From a bacterium (GTDB lineage: Bacteria; Armatimonadota; Zipacnadia; Zipacnadales; Zipacnadaceae), in NCBI GenBank assembly GCA_030603495.1, contig JAUVXR010000010.1, forward strand, positions 5,499-69,498: a stretch of DNA of 64,000 nucleotides, written 5' to 3'. Position 1 is the first letter of the stretch. The number at the start of each line of letters is the position of its first letter. Made by a program: the position numbers and the translations under genes. The notes under the pieces are model-generated. The model was given only the letters and a program-made list of their open reading frames with translations. It made no database searches and was not told the DNA's origin. This document shows, one piece after another, positions 60,594-64,000 of this stretch.

Positions 60594-62351
60594 ATGGCTA
60601 AGAGACGAGAGAGGGCGAGCGAAGACTTCTTCGAGTGTATTGTTGCGAACTCGTCTCAGCGGCTGCTGGTCGTCGATCAGGACCTAACGATCATCTACGC
60701 CAGCCCAAGCTATTGCGCATCGCGGGACCTGAGCGCTGAGCAAATAGAGGGCGGCAACCTCAACGAATTCTTCCCTGCCTCGATGATGGTAGAGGCCCAG
60801 CTTGGCGAAGCGATCCGTAAGACACTCGCCAATGGTCAGCACACAAGATGGTCTGGCTACCGCCAAGCCACAGATGACCACAGCGACCGCGTCATCAATA
60901 TCCGCCTAGACCCGTACCAACACGATGATCAGTCTCTGGTCCTACTTACTATCGAAGATATAACTCAACAACACCGTCAGCTATATGAGCGAAATATCAT
61001 ACAGCAGATCTCGGAGGTGATGCTCGGTATAATCAGCCTGCCGCGGTTGCTGCACGCAATACTCACCGCCATAACCGCGGGGGGCGCGGTTGGACTGGGC
61101 TTTAACCGGGCCGTTCTGATGTTGGTAGACGAAGAGGCCAGCCTACTCAAGGCCGAGATGGCGGTTGGGCCCCGTGATGCTGAGCAGGCATACGATATCT
61201 GGGCGCAGATGGGGCTTGAGGAACATCATGTTCTGGATGACCTTCTCGACGACGAGGCAGAACTGCCTCCCCCGGAGGAGCAGCCTCTGTACGATCTTGT
61301 CCAGCACCTCCAGTTCCCCCTCAGCGAAACAGATGCCCTGCCCACGGCGGCAATAGCACGCCGTGAGACTGTTCACGTTCGCGATGCACGCAATAACGCA
61401 CAAGTCAGTGAGCAGCTCTACGAGTTACTACAGGCTGAGGAGTTCATCGTAGCGCCACTGCTGGTCGAAAACCAAGCCATTGGCGCGCTGATTGCTAGCA
61501 ACTTTGTGACACGCCGACCTATTGCCCAACCTGATGTGCACTTGCTTAATACGCTGGCCAATCAGGCTGCTTTAGCCATCGATCGCGCACGAGCCTACGA
61601 AGAGATTCAGCGACGTGCCGAAGAACTGGAGCAGGCCTACGAAAGGCTGGCGGCAGCGCAGAAGGAGAAAATCGAAGCAGAAAAGCTGGCAACTATCGGG
61701 GAGGTCACTGCGCTTGTAGCTCACGAGATCCGTAACCCTATGTCAACCATCGGCGGGTTCGCCCGTTCCATAAACCAGCGTCCCGATGACCTACAACGGG
61801 TCCAGCGTAACTCCCGCATCATCATTGAAGAGGTCGAACGACTCGAACAGATCCTGCAACAACTGCTCGACTTTGTCAAGCCGCCGTATAGCGAGCTGAT
61901 CCTCGACCGGCTTGAACCCCTTATCGACTATGCCGTCCAGATGACCACGAGCCTAGTCGGAGAGGCGCACGTTGTTCTGGATGTGAATGTCGAAGAGAGA
62001 TTACCGGAGATATTCCTGGATCAGAAGCAATGCCAACAAGTGATGGTAAATCTGATCCGTAACGCGATGGAAGCGATGCCCGACGGCGGTCATCTGGAGA
62101 TCGGTGCGCGCCGCGTCGAGGGGACAGTGGAACTATACGTCTCGGATACCGGGAATGGCGTAAGGCCCGAGCACCTCGGCGAGATCTTCGACACTTTCTA
62201 TACCACTAAGCCCTCAGGCACTGGTCTGGGATTGGCATTGACGCAGAGAATAGTCCACCAGCACGGTGCGGAGATAAAGGTATCTAGTGAAGAAGGTAAA
62301 GGCAGCACTTTTGCGATTGCCTTCCCAATTCCAGCCGAGCAGCACAAGTAG
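60594..62351 (+). CDS. PAS/GAF sensor histidine kinase
   Basis: PAS and GAF regions, HEIRNP, NLIRNA, DTGNG, GTGLGL. Confidence 0.94.
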   Translation: MAKRRERASEDFFECIVANSSQRLLVVDQDLTIIYASPSYCASRDLSAEQIEGGNLNEFFPASMMVEAQLGEAIRKTLANGQHTRWSGYRQATDDHSDRVINIRLDPYQHDDQSLVLLTIEDITQQHRQLYERNIIQQISEVMLGIISLPRLLHAILTAITAGGAVGLGFNRAVLMLVDEEASLLKAEMAVGPRDAEQAYDIWAQMGLEEHHVLDDLLDDEAELPPPEEQPLYDLVQHLQFPLSETDALPTAAIARRETVHVRDARNNAQVSEQLYELLQAEEFIVAPLLVENQAIGALIASNFVTRRPIAQPDVHLLNTLANQAALAIDRARAYEEIQRRAEELEQAYERLAAAQKEKIEAEKLATIGEVTALVAHEIRNPMSTIGGFARSINQRPDDLQRVQRNSRIIIEEVERLEQILQQLLDFVKPPYSELILDRLEPLIDYAVQMTTSLVGEAHVVLDVNVEERLPEIFLDQKQCQQVMVNLIRNAMEAMPDGGHLEIGARRVEGTVELYVSDTGNGVRPEHLGEIFDTFYTTKPSGTGLGLALTQRIVHQHGAEIKVSSEEGKGSTFAIAFPIPAEQHK

Positions 62352-62394
62352 ACTGCGCACTCTGCTGAGGCTTGATTACAAGGGAGTGAGGCTT

Positions 62395-62778
62395 ATGCCA
62401 ACAGTTCTGGTTGTTGATGACGACGAGCACCAGCGTCTGCTATACCAGGAGGAGCTTGAGTTCGAGGGCTATGAGGTAATCCTGGCTGCCAGTGGGCAAG
62501 AGGCTATAGACACAATCGCTAACCAATCCGTGGACTGCGTGGTGTTGGACATCGCCATGCCCGGGATGGACGGCGTGGAAACGCTGGGGAAGATCCTCGA
62601 CATTAACCGGCAACTGCCCATCATTCTCCACACCGCCTATTCCAGCTACAAGGATGACTTCATGACCTGGGCCGCCGAGGCGTACGTGATTAAGTCATCG
62701 GATCTGAGCAGCCTGAAGCAGTATGTGAAGAAGGCGGTGGCATCAAGCCAATCGGCCGACACAGAGGCACACAGCTAA
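62395..62778 (+). CDS. single-domain response regulator
   Basis: LVVDDD, LDIAMPGMDG, TAY, K; GGGAG RBS. Confidence 0.94.
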   Translation: MPTVLVVDDDEHQRLLYQEELEFEGYEVILAASGQEAIDTIANQSVDCVVLDIAMPGMDGVETLGKILDINRQLPIILHTAYSSYKDDFMTWAAEAYVIKSSDLSSLKQYVKKAVASSQSADTEAHS

Positions 62779-62783
62779 GCTAA

Positions 62784-64000
62784 ATGAACCGGAACGAGAA
62801 TTATCCTGGGATAAGCGACGCCATGGCGATGATCCTGGCCGGCGGCAAAGGCCAGCGGCTCTACCCGCTGACGCGCTGGCGAGCCAAGCCCGCTATTCGC
62901 TTCGCTGCCAGCTATCGCATGGTGGACTTCACCCTAAGCAACTGCGTCAACTCGCACCTCAAGCGCGTCCACTTACTGACCCAATACGCCGCCACGTCGC
63001 TGCACCGCCACATTCAATGGGGGTGGGCAAGCATGTTCGTGGGTGAGCTGGGTGAGTTCATTGATACTGTCCCGCCTCAGAAGGTCTTCGCCGACCGCTG
63101 GTATGCGGATACCGCTGATGCGATCTATCAGAACCTGTTCATCCTCCAGGAAGAACGGCCTGCGCTGGTATTCGTCTTATCCGGTGACCATGCCTACAAG
63201 ATGGACTATCGCCCGATGTTGACGACGCATCTGGACAGGGCCGCTCAACTAACCATCGCCTGCCTTAAGCTGCCGCGTGAGCAGTGCCAGCAGCTGGGCG
63301 TGGTCACGACCGACGAATCGGGGCGCATCATTGGCTTTGACGAGAAGCCAGCCGTGCCCCAGCCAGTGCCTGACAATGCTGATTACTCCCTGGCCTCGAT
63401 GGGCGTATATCTCTGGAATAGCGAAGACCTGGCTCGTCAGGTCGCCCAGGATGCTACCAGTGGCAGTAGCCACGACTTCGGGCAGGATGTCGTTCCCCGC
63501 ATGATTGAGCAGGGCTTGGCCGTGTACGCCTACGATTTCCGCGACCCCACCACCGATCAGCCGGGCTACTGGCGCGACATCGGGACACTCGACAGTTACT
63601 GGCAGAGCAACATGGACCTGACTACGGTTCTGCCGGAGTTCAACCTCTACGATCACCAGTGGCCGATCTATACCTACTACAGCCAGCGTCCACCCGCGAA
63701 AACCAGCAGCAGCCAGGCAGATGCTCTTCTCAAAGACTGTTTGGTATCCGCCGGCTGTATCATTTCCGGGGCGGAAGCTCACCGTTCGCTGCTGTCACCT
63801 GGCGTGCGGCTGGAAGAGGAGGCACAGATTACCGAGTCCATCCTAATGGACGATGTGCGGATCGGTGCCGGCGCTCGTCTTAACAGGGTTATCGTGGATG
63901 AAGGCGTCACTGTTCCCCCCGGAAGCACGATCGGCCTGGACCGCGACCAGGACGCGAAGAGATTTGTCGTAACTGACAGTGGGATTACCGTAGTGCCGAC
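62784..64000 (+). CDS. glgC: glucose-1-phosphate adenylyltransferase (partial, runs off the right edge)
   Basis: Manual translation: ILAGGKGQRLYPLTRWRAKPA, SNCVNS, LSGDHAYKMDY, FDEKP, SMGVY, DFG.DV, YWRDIGT. Confidence 0.95.
   Translation, partial: MNRNENYPGISDAMAMILAGGKGQRLYPLTRWRAKPAIRFAASYRMVDFTLSNCVNSHLKRVHLLTQYAATSLHRHIQWGWASMFVGELGEFIDTVPPQKVFADRWYADTADAIYQNLFILQEERPALVFVLSGDHAYKMDYRPMLTTHLDRAAQLTIACLKLPREQCQQLGVVTTDESGRIIGFDEKPAVPQPVPDNADYSLASMGVYLWNSEDLARQVAQDATSGSSHDFGQDVVPRMIEQGLAVYAYDFRDPTTDQPGYWRDIGTLDSYWQSNMDLTTVLPEFNLYDHQWPIYTYYSQRPPAKTSSSQADALLKDCLVSAGCIISGAEAHRSLLSPGVRLEEEAQITESILMDDVRIGAGARLNRVIVDEGVTVPPGSTIGLDRDQDAKRFVVTDSGITVVP

Overview
Chromosomal window from a GC-rich bacterium. 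Firmicutes-like RpoB, gyrase and yacL-ispDF combined with diderm-type LolA/BamD-like proteins suggest Armatimonadota or a related Terrabacteria lineage (inference only). Most content is housekeeping or metabolic: rpoBC, ispDF, nrdJ, gyrB/gyrA, dtd, fur-feoAB, argB, a fucK-like kinase, several Gfo/Idh/MocA oxidoreductases, an ABC-LolA-TPR-M16 operon, htrA and galT-kinase-regulator-glgC. I saw no tRNA, rRNA, CRISPR array, transposase or integrase. The most unusual signal is non-coding, at 42.66-43.09 kb. Two tandem ~130-bp units each contain a promoter-like block, ~27-30 nt antisense to the type IV prepilin 'GFTLIELL' coding sequence, and an intrinsic-terminator hairpin, so they are candidate small RNAs able to pair with many prepilin-motif mRNAs. 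Other notable items: three families of palindromic repeats (one inserted in-frame into an rfbC-like gene, one nested inside another repeat), lineage-specific insertions in RpoB (including a CxxC-CxxC zinc ribbon) and RpoC, a structured rpoB leader, a small cargo block splitting gyrB from gyrA, and a membrane-anchored sigma-region-2-like protein.
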